Of a DNA stretch of 62,326 nucleotides, positions 1 to 10,967 are shown piece after piece (positions within the stretch are counted from its first letter, which is position 1; each line of letters begins with the position of its first letter). Under the pieces are notes generated by a model, which was not told the DNA's origin, made no database searches, and was given only the letters and a program-made list of their open reading frames with translations. The stretch covers positions 1 to 62,326 of the forward strand of contig JAQICC010000266.1 in the NCBI GenBank assembly GCA_027858735.1. Reading direction: 5' to 3'. The DNA is from Salinivirgaceae bacterium (GTDB lineage Bacteria; Bacteroidota; Bacteroidia; Bacteroidales; SZUA-534). The position numbers and the translations under genes were made by a program.

Positions 1-74
1 ATGGGAGCTGTTTGTGCCCAAACTTGCAATTGGCTTGCAAGAATGATGGCTAGTATTTTTAGTGTTGTTTTCAT
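1..74 (-). CDS. 5' end of an exported protein running off the window (MKTTLKILAIILASQLQVWAQTAP...)
   Basis: ATG at 74-72 opens a frame with a Sec-type signal peptide (basic N-terminus, hydrophobic core, VWA-Q cleavage); not in the ORF track. Confidence 0.7.
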   Translation of the reverse strand, partial: MKTTLKILAIILASQLQVWAQTAP

Positions 75-112
75 AACTTTACGTTTTAAGTTTATCATTT
101 CACAATTATAGA

Positions 113-128
113 TTCAAAAGCCATGCCA
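113..128 (-). promoter_or_regulatory. candidate sigma54 -24/-12 promoter
   Basis: minus strand TGGCATGGCTTTTGAA versus consensus TGGCACG-N4-TTGC; correct spacing, one mismatch at the -12 C; immediately downstream of a sigma54 activator gene. Confidence 0.5.
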
Positions 129-203
129 CAAAACACATAGCGCTGAAAATATGACCGTTACATGATTTATATTAAAAAATTAAATGATGTTTGTCACGAC
201 ATA

Positions 204-217
204 TCGTAACGTTACGA
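204..217. promoter_or_regulatory. perfect 14-bp palindrome, candidate enhancer (bEBP binding site)
   Basis: TCGTAACGTTACGA is its own reverse complement, about 76 bp upstream of the -24 element. Confidence 0.35.
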
Positions 218-224
218 AAAACCG

Positions 225-1712
225 TTACTTAAAGGAGGTGTGTTTTTTTATGTTCAGTTTCTGCATACGCGAACGCAAAGTATTGGGATGAATTTTCAAT
301 AAATTAGCCGCTCCATTTTCACCAGATATTGACCAGTTAACTGATTCCAATACCTGCAAAATATAATCGCGTTCAAATTCATCTAACGATTTAATTACTA
401 AACTTTTGTTTTTTTCAATATTAAAAAAATCAGGATCAAGCTTTAATTGTTTTCCTGTACTTAAAATAATGGCACGCTCCAAAAGGTTTTCCATTTCGCG
501 AACATTACCGGGCCAAGAATAATCGCATAATATTTTAGTTTGAGCTTCTGAAATATCAATTGAATTTTTACCAAACTTTTTAGTATAATTATTCATAAAA
601 TACCTTACCAAAGGTTTTATATCCTCAACCCTTTCTCTTAATGGGGCTATTTCAATAGGAAACGCATTTAAACGATAAAATAAATCAGCTCTAAAACCTC
701 CTTCGTCAACCATTTTATTTATGTTGCGGTTTGTGGCTGAAATTAATCGCACATTAACCTTAATTATTTTATTACTACCCACACGCTCTATTTCTCCTTC
801 CTGAATAACTCGCAACAATTTTGGCTGTAGACTAAGTGGCAACTCCCCTATTTCATCTAAAAAAAGTGTTCCGTTATGGGCAATCTCAAACTTACCCTTA
901 CGTGTGGCAATAGCGCCGGTAAAAGCCCCTTTTTCATGACCAAAAAGCTCGCTTTCAATTAAGCTTTCGGGTATAGCAGCACAATTAAGTTTTATGAGAG
1001 GCTGGTCTTTACGCTTACTTAAATTGTGAATAGAACGGGCTATTAACTCTTTACCTGTACCTGTTTCCCCTTTTATTAATACCGTAGAATTAGTTGAAGC
1101 CACTTGCTGTACATTTTTTAAAGTACTTTTAAGTGATTTACTTTCACCAATAATTTCCTCAAAATTATTATTAAGTTTTATTTCTTCTTGCATGTACTGG
1201 TTTTCATCATGCAGTTTATTCTTTAATATTTCAACTTGAAGAAGCTGCTTTTTGAGTTCTAATTGTGATATTTCCAGCTCTGTGGTTCTTGTTTTAATAA
1301 TAGTTTCTACGTTTTTTTGCATTTTATATAACAACAAATGCGTTTCAACACGAGCCAATAAAATCTCTTCATCAAACGGCTTGGTAATATAGTCCTGAGC
1401 TCCCAAATTGAAGCCTTTTAAAATATCATCCCGATCGGTTTTTGAGGTTAAAAATATAATGGGAATATCTTTATACTCCTTTTGCCTTCTAATTAATGTA
1501 CACACTTCATAGCCATCCATCTCTGGCATTGTAATATCCAATAAGATTAGATCAAACGGTTTTTTATCAAGCCAATCAAATGCGGCTTTACCACTTGTAG
1601 CAAAATCGGTTTTATAATTCTTTAATTTTAAAAAATTACCAAGAACTTGTAAATTATTTAAATTATCGTCAACAATAAGTATTAAAGAAGATTCTATCAA
1701 GCTTTTATTCAT
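225..1712 (-). CDS. sigma54-dependent response regulator (REC + AAA+ + Fis-type HTH; NtrC family)
   Basis: REC (LILIVDD, LLDITMP, TKPF), Walker [15 protein letters not shown] loop, [26 protein letters not shown]-terminal HTH. Confidence 0.95.
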   Translation of the reverse strand: MNKSLIESSLILIVDDNLNNLQVLGNFLKLKNYKTDFATSGKAAFDWLDKKPFDLILLDITMPEMDGYEVCTLIRRQKEYKDIPIIFLTSKTDRDDILKGFNLGAQDYITKPFDEEILLARVETHLLLYKMQKNVETIIKTRTTELEISQLELKKQLLQVEILKNKLHDENQYMQEEIKLNNNFEEIIGESKSLKSTLKNVQQVASTNSTVLIKGETGTGKELIARSIHNLSKRKDQPLIKLNCAAIPESLIESELFGHEKGAFTGAIATRKGKFEIAHNGTLFLDEIGELPLSLQPKLLRVIQEGEIERVGSNKIIKVNVRLISATNRNINKMVDEGGFRADLFYRLNAFPIEIAPLRERVEDIKPLVRYFMNNYTKKFGKNSIDISEAQTKILCDYSWPGNVREMENLLERAIILSTGKQLKLDPDFFNIEKNKSLVIKSLDEFERDYILQVLESVNWSISGENGAANLLKIHPNTLRSRMQKLNIKKHTSFK

Positions 1713-1872
1713 GTAAAAGTATTATTTATTTAAATTTACCTACTTTAAAATTAAAAAGCAATTCATACCACTATATTGTTAAAAAGTGCACAAACAATCA
1801 ACTAATTATAAGGAAAATATTTAGTCCTAACTCATATATTATCATTAAAATAAAAGAAACCTCAAAAGCTTG

Positions 1873-2530
1873 TTAACTTTGAGAGTTCTTAAAAACTACT
1901 AACTGCCAATTTATTACATAAATACAAATCCACTTTGTCAATTTTTTATATTCTATTCTGGCCATAATAAAGGGTCCTACTGCCTTAGGATCGTTTTCGC
2001 GTAATTGTTCATTCACATAATATTCATAACTACCGTCATGGTATGGATTACCACCCAAGCCAGCTACTACACATACCATCGAAATTATTATAGTTGAATA
2101 TCTGGAAACTTTTACCATGGTTTTTACCGTGCCTTGATAAGCGTTTACTGCAGCATTTTAATAGGTTTCCTTATCAATACAATCCTTATTTATTGCCTTT
2201 AACAGAAAATATGAAAACATTGAACTAACCAATCCTTCCAAAAAATTACCTTTCCACTTGTCTTGATCTAAAACCTGATACCAAGTACCTGTTTCTGCAT
2301 CCTGAAATTTAATAATGGTAGCCGCAAGGTTTTTCGTAATTTTTACAATCTCATTATAATCGGATTGCTCTTTTGGAAAGTAATCAAGTACATCAACCAA
2401 AGCCATTACATACCATCCCATAACGCAACCCCAAAAATAAGGTGAGCAACCTGTATCTTTATTTAACCATGCTTGTTCTTTCGATTCATCCCAGGCATGA
2501 TATAAATAATCCAGTTTTTTCGTTTTAGGT
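1873..2530 (-). pseudogene. GH105 unsaturated rhamnogalacturonyl/glucuronyl hydrolase remnant (C-terminal part only)
   Basis: one frame reads YLYHAWDESKEQAW..CSPYFWGCVMGWYVMALVDVLDYFP..TWYQVLD..AGLGGNPYHDGSYEYY..NDPKAVGPFIMA, with an in-frame TAA at 2158-2160; N-terminal part absent. Confidence 0.85.
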
Positions 2531-2607
2531 TACTTTTGCCACGTTCTTCATCCAGAATGCAATTTCAATTCGTTATTTACTAAGGAGCATAATGAGCGTA
2601 AAAGGGA

Positions 2608-2748
2608 ACTCCCATAACCACACCATAATGGCCTTCTACCATCATGCAATTCTGAACAATTATATTTTTACTAGGAACACCAATACGTCTTCCATCGTTA
2701 TTTTTTCCTAATTTAATGGCAATACAATCATCGCCAGTACTAAAAAAA
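2608..2748 (-). pseudogene. GH28 polygalacturonase fragment
   Basis: translates to FFSTGDDCIAIKLGKNNDGRRIGVPSKNIIVQNCMMVEGHYGVVMG, matching the GH28 GDD / GHG catalytic region; no start or full ORF. Confidence 0.8.
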
Positions 2749-2902
2749 GCAACGCTCCATTTAATAAACCTTGCAAGACCAAACTTTGAATATAGTATGC
2801 AAGACCTATTTTCTTGAATACAACATTTATTTTATTTTTTGCCATGATTAGTATATAGCTATACCATGATTATAAATTACTTTGTAACAAAAAATATACG
2901 AA

Positions 2903-5437
2903 ATGATAAAGTCTTTTTTTATAGTAATATTATTGTTAGCTAATGCTACAAGTCAATTAACTGCACAAAGTCATAAAATATTATCGGAACGCCACCTTGG
3001 TTCTGACGGGCAGGAAGGAATTGAAACCTATGCATTAATTAAAAGTGTTTTAGGTCCCAACCCTATTGAAGCACCGGATTTATATTCTGACAATCATCCT
3101 GATGTTAAACACATTATTGAAGAAAACGATTCCATTGTAGGCAATCATTTTACCTTTTTAATTCACCGCGATATTGATAAAGATAGAGATACTGACAACA
3201 CAGATAGACAGCGTAATGAAATAAAAGCATATAGTGGTTCCGATGATGAACTAAAAGCTTTTTCCGGTGAATCGCTACGTTACCATTGGTATTTTCAGCT
3301 TGAAAAAAATTTTTCCATATCAAATAACTTTAGCCACTTTTTTCAGTTAAAAGCTGTAGGTGGTAGCTATTCAAGTCAACCAGTTGTTACTATTAGTGGT
3401 AGTATAAACAGTAGTAAACAGCAATTTGAAATTATACATAGCCGATTAACCGGTAGCGAAGATGAGCAATTGGCAAATACTAATTGGGACAGGGCAAATA
3501 CCGGAGAATGGATGGAGATTGAAGTATTAGCTACCTACAAAGATAGCGGATACCTGAAAGTTTCCATAACCAACCTTAACGGTGACACCATATTATCAAC
3601 CGAAAACAAAAAAATTGATATGTGGCGTGAAGGCAGTGAATTTGTTCGTCCAAAATGGGGGATTTACCGAAGTTTATCCACCAAACAGTTTTTAAATGAG
3701 GATGAAGAACGGGCACGTTTTGCCAATTTTACGGTGCAAAAAGTAATTTTAAATTACATTCCAACTCCTCCTTATGCGGCAATCAATCCGTACCCTTTAA
3801 ACAATGGTGAATATATTGATACGGCTTTTACTTTTAATTGGATAACCGGCACAAATACCACTTATAGTAAATTATTTTTGGGGAAATCAAATGAATTGAA
3901 CCTTAGCAATTTAGTTGATAGCACCTTTAATTCGATGCTTAGCATTGATGCTTTAGTGCCTAATACCAATTATTATTGGAGAGTTGATGTTGTGAATGAA
4001 GATGGTATAACAAAAGGGGAACTTTGGCACTTTAAAACTGCACCCAAAGCTACAAACTGCAGCGAGTCTAATATTCTAGCCATCAATGAAGTAAATGCAT
4101 CTACAGAATTAACCGAATATCCGAAAATAAGCATTACCGATAATAATTTGGAAACAGGTTGGGGTTTTGCTGGTGAACAGCAATGGATTGAACTAAACCT
4201 AGGCATTGAGGCTAACTTAAGTTATTTAATGCTTGCATTTTACCAAGGCGATGAGCGCTACCATAATTTTGAAATTCATGCCTCTTCCGATCAGGTAAAC
4301 TATAGCACCTTGGCAACCTACAGAAGTTTTGGTATAAGTTTAAACTTACAAAAAGTGCTTGTACCGGAAACAAGTGCTCAATTTATTCGCTTTGTAAGTA
4401 CTGATACTTTTAGTACTGCTGAACCACTTGTTATGGAAATGTATGCCTTTGGCTGTGGTGGACAAATTGACAAACCAACCCATTCTGAACTAATTTACCC
4501 CGAACAAAATGCCGAAAATATAGCAACAAGCATAATCTTAAGTTGGAATGCGGGCATTGGTGCCAAAAGTCATAAACTATATTTAGGTACTAATGAAACG
4601 TTAACTGATAACGATTTAGCAAGTGAAACAAACAACACTTTTTTTGATATTAAAGACCTTAACCCCAAACAAACCTACTATTGGCGTGTTGACGAGCTAA
4701 ATGAAGCAGGTACTACTACCGGAGAAATATGGAGTTTTACCACTACCTATGAAATTACCGAGTTGCTTATTCAGGAAAATGAAGCAGGATTTATTTCGCT
4801 TGACGGTACTATAGAAAACACACACACAGGCTACACAGGAGATGGCTACGCAGACAGTAATGATGAATCGGGTGCAAGTATTTCATGGAAAGCTATTGCT
4901 GTTGATAATACTTATATGCTTAAATGGAATTATGCCAATGCAAGTTCAAGTAATGCAAGTGCCTTTGTGAAAATAAACGATAAGGCAGTCGGAATTATAA
5001 ATTTTGTACTAACCGAAAACTGGAATACTTGGGCTCTTGATTCAGTAAACGTATCGCTGGTTGAAGGTGAAAACACCATTACATTAAGTGCACTTGGTTC
5101 TGCCGGTTTAGCAAATATTGATTACCTACTTATTCGTGGAGAAAATATTACGTCAGTAACTCCGGTGGATTTAAATATCACAACACGCTCACTCATAAAT
5201 CCTTACCCCAACCCATGTACAAGCATACTTAACATTGCACATAATGGGCTAAACAACAGCAATGCGCAAATTGAGATATATGACCTTTCTGGAAAAATAA
5301 TGTATAATAAAAATGTTACGACCGGCACTGTTAAAAATGAAATATCAATAAACATTAACCACCTTGAGAAGGGCTTGTATATAATATTTGTAAAAACTGC
5401 AGAGCAAAGTGTTAGCAGAAAATTTATAAAAAAATAA
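2903..5437 (+). CDS. T9SS-secreted putative beta-jelly-roll polysaccharide lyase (PF14099/heparin-lyase-I-like) + Fn3-like + F5/8C (CBM32) + Fn3-like + CBM35/CBM6-like + T9SS CTD
   Basis: signal peptide; DRQRNEIK, HFFQLKAVGG, RPKWGIYRSL; two YYWRVD repeats; TGYTGDGY..WNYANAS..GENTITL..NIDYL module; YPNP..GLYIIFV tail. Confidence 0.65.
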   Translation: MIKSFFIVILLLANATSQLTAQSHKILSERHLGSDGQEGIETYALIKSVLGPNPIEAPDLYSDNHPDVKHIIEENDSIVGNHFTFLIHRDIDKDRDTDNTDRQRNEIKAYSGSDDELKAFSGESLRYHWYFQLEKNFSISNNFSHFFQLKAVGGSYSSQPVVTISGSINSSKQQFEIIHSRLTGSEDEQLANTNWDRANTGEWMEIEVLATYKDSGYLKVSITNLNGDTILSTENKKIDMWREGSEFVRPKWGIYRSLSTKQFLNEDEERARFANFTVQKVILNYIPTPPYAAINPYPLNNGEYIDTAFTFNWITGTNTTYSKLFLGKSNELNLSNLVDSTFNSMLSIDALVPNTNYYWRVDVVNEDGITKGELWHFKTAPKATNCSESNILAINEVNASTELTEYPKISITDNNLETGWGFAGEQQWIELNLGIEANLSYLMLAFYQGDERYHNFEIHASSDQVNYSTLATYRSFGISLNLQKVLVPETSAQFIRFVSTDTFSTAEPLVMEMYAFGCGGQIDKPTHSELIYPEQNAENIATSIILSWNAGIGAKSHKLYLGTNETLTDNDLASETNNTFFDIKDLNPKQTYYWRVDELNEAGTTTGEIWSFTTTYEITELLIQENEAGFISLDGTIENTHTGYTGDGYADSNDESGASISWKAIAVDNTYMLKWNYANASSSNASAFVKINDKAVGIINFVLTENWNTWALDSVNVSLVEGENTITLSALGSAGLANIDYLLIRGENITSVTPVDLNITTRSLINPYPNPCTSILNIAHNGLNNSNAQIEIYDLSGKIMYNKNVTTGTVKNEISININHLEKGLYIIFVKTAEQSVSRKFIKK

Positions 5438-5473
5438 CACCTATATCAGAGAAATTCAATTCTAATTTTGAAT

Positions 5474-5740
5474 CCCACATTGTGGGTTTTATTCCCCGCA
5501 GCTTGCTGCGTATAAAAGTTATTTTTACCATTGCGATACCTCGTCTGCTTGCAGCACAATGTCAATAAGTTTGTGTTTTTAAAACGCCAGCCGGAATGAC
5601 TCAGTCAGGCAGGCAGAAAGATCTAAAGATGCTTTCTGGTTTTGGCTTAATTCGACCTTTCATCGTTGAACGACATGAAAGCGTGAATACAACAAACAGC
5701 TTAACTTATTGACATTAGCTTGCAGCGAGGTTATTCATTT
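5474..5740. repeat. small palindromic non-autonomous repeat element hosting a MITE
   Basis: hairpins CCCACA-T-TGTGGG (5474-5486), CGCAGC-TT-GCTGCG (5497-5510) and a CCTCG...CGAGG pair split by the insertion. Confidence 0.45.
5558..5716. mobile_element. MITE, about 160 bp, non-coding
   Basis: perfect 14-bp TIR AATGTCAATAAGTT (5558-5571) / AACTTATTGACATT (5703-5716); direct repeat GCTTGCAGC at 5547-5555 and 5718-5726. Confidence 0.75.
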
Positions 5741-6017
5741 TTCAGTTTATTAGATGCCGAGAATTGATAATCAGATTAAGCTAAAGCCAATTCAGACAGA
5801 ATAATATCTTCCTGATTGAAATACCTCTACATTTCGTGGTATGAAAAATTTCGCATCCTATATTGAAATTATTGCTTACGACTATTTTATCATGATTACC
5901 GTAACATGAGGCTAATGCCCGGGTAAGAATAAGATTATTCAAATACAAAAATGATGTATAATTCAGTTAATGATAATAAACATATCATTTGCTTTAATAC
6001 ATCTGACGTTAATAAAA

Positions 6018-6050
6018 AAGGGCTGAATCAAATAAATTGAAACAGCCCTT
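6018..6050 (-). terminator. intrinsic terminator after the receptor-1/partner unit
   Basis: AAGGGCTG...CAGCCCTT stem, with an adjacent A-run on + giving a U-tail on -. Confidence 0.7.
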
Positions 6051-6075
6051 AACCTTAAAACCAAACTATTAACTA

Positions 6076-7653
6076 TTATTTTAAAACCATTTTCTTGGTA
6101 GCAACTTTAGTACCTGCTTCAACTTTGTAAAAGTAAATACCCGATGTTAAACCCGATGCATTTAATTCAATGGTATGATCGCCTGCATTAAGCTCTGAAT
6201 TCAATACGGTTTGAACCTCAGCACCCGTAATATCGTAGACCGAAATCGTAACTTTTGATGCATTTGCCAAACTAAACTGAATGTTTGTTTTGTTTAAAAA
6301 TGGATTTGGATAACATGTCACATTGAAACCGGAAGCCCCTTTATTAGTGAAAATATTAGTGCCATCATCAAAATGCAATTGACAACCAACAGGTTCTCCA
6401 TTATCATCAGCTTTATACGAAGCATAGGTGCTCGCATACGACACATCAATTTCATCGTAATACAAACCGCCATCGCCTCCAACACACCAACTATCAGGCA
6501 GTTCTAAACTCAAAGGGTTTGCATAATAATTAGCAACATACCCTGCAATATTTCCACAGGTATTTGCAAAAACTAAAGGCTCTGAAAAATATGCCTTTTC
6601 AACATTTGCTTCACCAATAGCTGCTTTTACAGTTGAGCAAATATAATTTGGCGATTCAACAGTGTCATATAAGCTCCAGGCATTATGAATGGCCTCATCC
6701 CAAAAAATATTGTTATTTCTAACTTCAATACTTTGCCCACTATAAATTGTATCGAGTGCAATTACTGCAAAATGACCATCGGCCTGGTTTTGTTCCGCAG
6801 CATTAGCATCGGTATGCCCAATACTAATTACATTGGCAAAAACATTATTGGTAATTATTGCCTTACGCGCATTAGCCAAATCAAGACCTCCATTCCTTCC
6901 TACCGTATTAAGTGCGGTTAAATGGTCAACTTTCAAATAATTAACTAACGATCCTTCGTTACGAATTATTCTGTCGGTTAAATTATAGGTTAAACAATTC
7001 TCAATAATCAAGGTATCTACGTAGGACAATACATCGCTTCGTATTTCAATAAACCTACCATTACCATTCATTACATAGCGGTGCCCTAAGTTTCCCATTA
7101 CTGAATTTCGAACATAAACTTTTAGCGAATCAGCTTTAAGCAAAACTGCCCCAGAGTTATCGCCGGTTAATGCACAACCATCAATTATAAATCTGGAATT
7201 CGATTTGCGCATTTCAATCATGCGGTGTAAGTAAGCACCCCCGCCTTCATCACCATTAAAATATATATTCTTCAAAGTTAAATCGCTATATGAATCAATA
7301 TAATCGTTACCTGTAGTACCATCGCTTTTTAGTCCCACTATTATTTCAGGTAGAAAGCCATCATCATTAGTACCTTCACCTTCAATGTGCAAAGGGAAGT
7401 TATTTGAAATAATTTTCCCCAAGGGGTAAACATGATTTCTCTTAAGCATATATATGGTGTTTGGGTTTTCTGCTCTACCTAAAGTATCACCATAAATAAT
7501 ATCCCAAAGCACATTGTTATAATCATCAACTTCACCAACGGGGTTGTTTAAATCGTAACCTGAAACCTCAACTATTCTAGGTTCCTGCGCCTGAATTGTT
7601 GAAAAGCTCAACAGCAAACAAACACTCACTAATAATTTGTAAATATTTTTCAT
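6076..7653 (-). CDS. T9SS-secreted right-handed beta-helix protein (DUF4957/DUF5123-like), partner of receptor 1
   Basis: signal peptide, Asn/Ile/Val-rich coil repeats, C-terminal YPNPF..IYDITG..GIYFYKV; 24 bp after the receptor stop. Confidence 0.75.
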   Translation of the reverse strand: MKNIYKLLVSVCLLLSFSTIQAQEPRIVEVSGYDLNNPVGEVDDYNNVLWDIIYGDTLGRAENPNTIYMLKRNHVYPLGKIISNNFPLHIEGEGTNDDGFLPEIIVGLKSDGTTGNDYIDSYSDLTLKNIYFNGDEGGGAYLHRMIEMRKSNSRFIIDGCALTGDNSGAVLLKADSLKVYVRNSVMGNLGHRYVMNGNGRFIEIRSDVLSYVDTLIIENCLTYNLTDRIIRNEGSLVNYLKVDHLTALNTVGRNGGLDLANARKAIITNNVFANVISIGHTDANAAEQNQADGHFAVIALDTIYSGQSIEVRNNNIFWDEAIHNAWSLYDTVESPNYICSTVKAAIGEANVEKAYFSEPLVFANTCGNIAGYVANYYANPLSLELPDSWCVGGDGGLYYDEIDVSYASTYASYKADDNGEPVGCQLHFDDGTNIFTNKGASGFNVTCYPNPFLNKTNIQFSLANASKVTISVYDITGAEVQTVLNSELNAGDHTIELNASGLTSGIYFYKVEAGTKVATKKMVLK

Positions 7654-7677
7654 TTCTTAAGTTTTATTTGTTTTTAA

Positions 7678-10586
7678 TTAAAATTTATATTGAAGACCCA
7701 TATTAAATGAAGCACCATAACGATTTTCACGTGTCCAATGTTTTTCTACATATTGATAACTCCGCTCACTCTCGCTGGTAATATTGGCCAAATTAGCTGT
7801 TACCGTTACATGTTTACCAATTTTTTGACTCAAACTGGCATCAAAGCGAAGGAACATTGCTGTGAAACCTTCATGCTGCTCTTTAAAGTCTTTTGCAGTA
7901 CCTAGTTTCTTTAAAGAAGGAGACTGGTAAATCATAGAAAAACGACAGGAGAAACCTTTGTAATCGTAACCTATGGAAACATTGCCTGCTAATTCAACCT
8001 GATCGGGTAATACCGATTTATCTAAATATCCAACCGTATCATAAATACGAGATGTTACGCGATTCTCAATTACCGTAATTGGTTTTTCAAACCTTGGATT
8101 AAAGGTTTCAGACCATAAACGGGTTATGTTGGCATTAAATACTATTCCATTGAATGGCTTTGGTAGAAAAGATAAATTGGTTTGTAAATCAATTTCAAAT
8201 CCATAAACCTTCGAACCATCAAAATTTGCATAATCCTCATTCACGCTATAAGCTCCTCTCGGATAACCTTCTTTAATCGCTTGATCTTCTGTTAAGGTAT
8301 AATCAATTTCTGCAAAGAAATTATCGAACTCCTTATAAAAGCCCCCAACGGTAAATAAGCCCAAACGGTTTGCAAAAAACGAAGTCGTAACATCATAACT
8401 CCAGGCTTCAGCATGTTTTAAATTTGGGTTTCCTCTGAATAATTCGCTTTTATTTAAATTAAGCCAATAACGAGGGGTAACCATTGAATAGTCAGGACGG
8501 GCCAATGTTTTAACTGCCGACATACGCACATCGAACCATTGCACCGGTTTAATTTTTAAATGAAAACTTGGTAATAAAACCCCATATTTTTGGTACGAAC
8601 TTGTATCACGAATTGATCCGTTTTCAATAAAACCTGCAATATTCTGAATAATATCTGAATAATAACTATGGTAATCGTTATTGGAATATTCATAGCGTAA
8701 TCCAGGAATAAATGTTAACCAGGAACTATAATTAATTTTTGTCATTATATAAGCCGCAGAAACACGTTCTGTTAAAGTATAATTCTTATAGGCTTTATCT
8801 AACTGAGGGTAAAGTTCTCCCTGATTACGACTGTGCCATAAATCTACATAATCCATATCTATTTCTGGATTTATAAGGTATTCACCATCCCATATTTGAA
8901 GATCGGTTGGTTTGCTATAAAAATTTTGCATGCTAATCCCAGGATCAAGAGTAACTAACTCTTGAGGGAGCATATTTTGTACTGCTTTATCACTTACACT
9001 TGCATCATTATAGTAACTTAATACGGTTTGGTGATTGTGTTTATTTGAACGATCTTCAATTCTATACTTTCCCCCTACCTTTACAAAACCAGCAATTTTA
9101 TCTCCAAAAGAATAATCGGTTTTAAAATCGAGTGCTGCTGTAGTGTTATTTTGCTTGCTTTTTTCAGGTTCCCAATTGTATTGATTTAAATAACCCTTTT
9201 CATAATTATAAACTCGTGTTTGTAATAATTCTTCTGTTGATATTACATATTGTTCTTCAGCCGTTGTACCACGTGACGATCCTTCAGGTTCAAGCAAATA
9301 CATATTTACATCATATAAATTATCATTAACTGTTTGGCTTCTGGCTAAGGTCCAATCCATTGAAACAATACTAACCCTTTGCTGACCCGACAATACTCCT
9401 TGATACGTATACTGTTCTGACTTAGTATGACTTGGCAAATGACGTATTTCTTCGCCATGGTAAATTCTATTCTCGTTCTTTAAGGTTTCCCCATTACGCT
9501 GCGAGAAAAAACCTTGTCCAACAACAAAACCCGAATTGTATTTATAATCGGCAGTTAAATTTCCACCCATTCTTTTAATGGTTCTTAAGTCTTGACGTAT
9601 GGTAGCACTTTTAAATGCCCACTCCTCATATTCATACTGGCTATCATCAAAGAAGTTTGATATTGTTTGAGAACTACGATTCACATTTTCATAACTCAAT
9701 TGTCCAATTAAACCCAGTTTTCCTTCGTAAAAACGTTTGCTTAAATCAACTGAACCTTTATAATTTGAAAATTTATTGGTTAAACCGTTATAACCACCAC
9801 TAGTGCGTATTTTAGCACCGGGTTTATCTGGGGCTTTCGATACTCCAAGGTTCACAATACCTCCAATGGCATCACCATCCATATCGGCCGTAGGCGATTT
9901 ATATACTTCAATGCTCGATAGTAATTCAGGCGATATCATACTTAAATCAACCGATCGGTCACTATCATCTACTCCATTTGAGGTAGATGCAACTTTAACT
10001 CCGTTAATGGTTATTGAGGTTAATTTTGGGCTTAATCCGCGAACCGTAACCTTACTCGCCTCTCCACCCGAACGAGTTACTGATATACCCGGCAAACGAC
10101 CAATGGCCTCGGCAGCATTCACATCGGGTAATTCTTCCATTTTGTCGGACGACACTACACTAACCAAAGCATCGGAATTTAACTGTTGATTTAATGCCTT
10201 AGCCTGTCCTAGTATTTGTACTGATACTACCACCTCGCCTATATCTACAGCATCAAAAACCAGGCTCATATCAAATTTTTTTATTTCACCTGCTCCAATT
10301 TCAATTTCTGTTTTCTCGGTTAAAAAACCGATGTATGAAAATGCCAAAGTATATTTACCTGGCTTAATATTGGTAACGCGGTATTCACCATCCATATTGG
10401 TAATGGTACCTATACTGCTACCTACAATTGCAACGGTGGCTCCTGGTAGACATCGTTGCTCATACCATCTTTCACTACTCCATATATTTCAGCATTTTGA
10501 GCAAAAGCTCCCACTGAAAATATCAGAAATAAACCTATGGTAAATAATTTCTTCGGTTTCTGTGATTTTATAAAATTTAAATTCAT
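7678..10586 (-). pseudogene. TonB-dependent receptor 1 (non-SusC type) with a 1-nt frameshift near 10450
   Basis: ATG 10586 frame (signal peptide, GVVKDG) stops at 10422; the shifted frame continues LPGATVAIVGSSIGTITNMDGEY into the 905-aa ORF with plug and barrel ending in F. Confidence 0.85.
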
Positions 10587-10702
10587 TTTCCTTTTGATTT
10601 TTTTGTTCAAAAAAATATAAACACTCCACTCTTGAGGCTTTACAAACATAAAAAACAATACATTGATTATAAGAATTATAAGCAAGCGATTTTTATTATT
10701 AT

Positions 10703-10731
10703 TGTCTCAATTTTTAGAATATTTGTTGCAA
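10703..10731 (-). promoter_or_regulatory. tandem half-site motif (candidate HTCS site) upstream of receptor 1
   Basis: + strand TGTCTCAA (10703) and TGTTGCAA (10724), 21 bp apart; -7 box TATGTTTG on - strand at 10650-10643. Confidence 0.6.
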
Positions 10732-10967
10732 ATGACTTAAAAAATGAAATAGAAATTTCATTAAATGAATTTTGCTAAATTTAATAATAAAATTCTGCTT
10801 TATTAATAATGAATTTTGATGATTACCCCAATTAGATTTGGCCTGTTAATCATAGCTAACAACATAGCAAAATGAAATGTTAGTAATAACCCACTTAGGC
10901 TGAAAATAAAAGAAGGTGCCCATAATTGGACACCCTCCTTTGATTAAAAAATGACTTGACACTAATT

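Noticed and set aside
10422-10685. 87-aa ORF as an independent gene
   Set aside because: From ATG 10586 it is the frameshifted N-terminus of receptor 1
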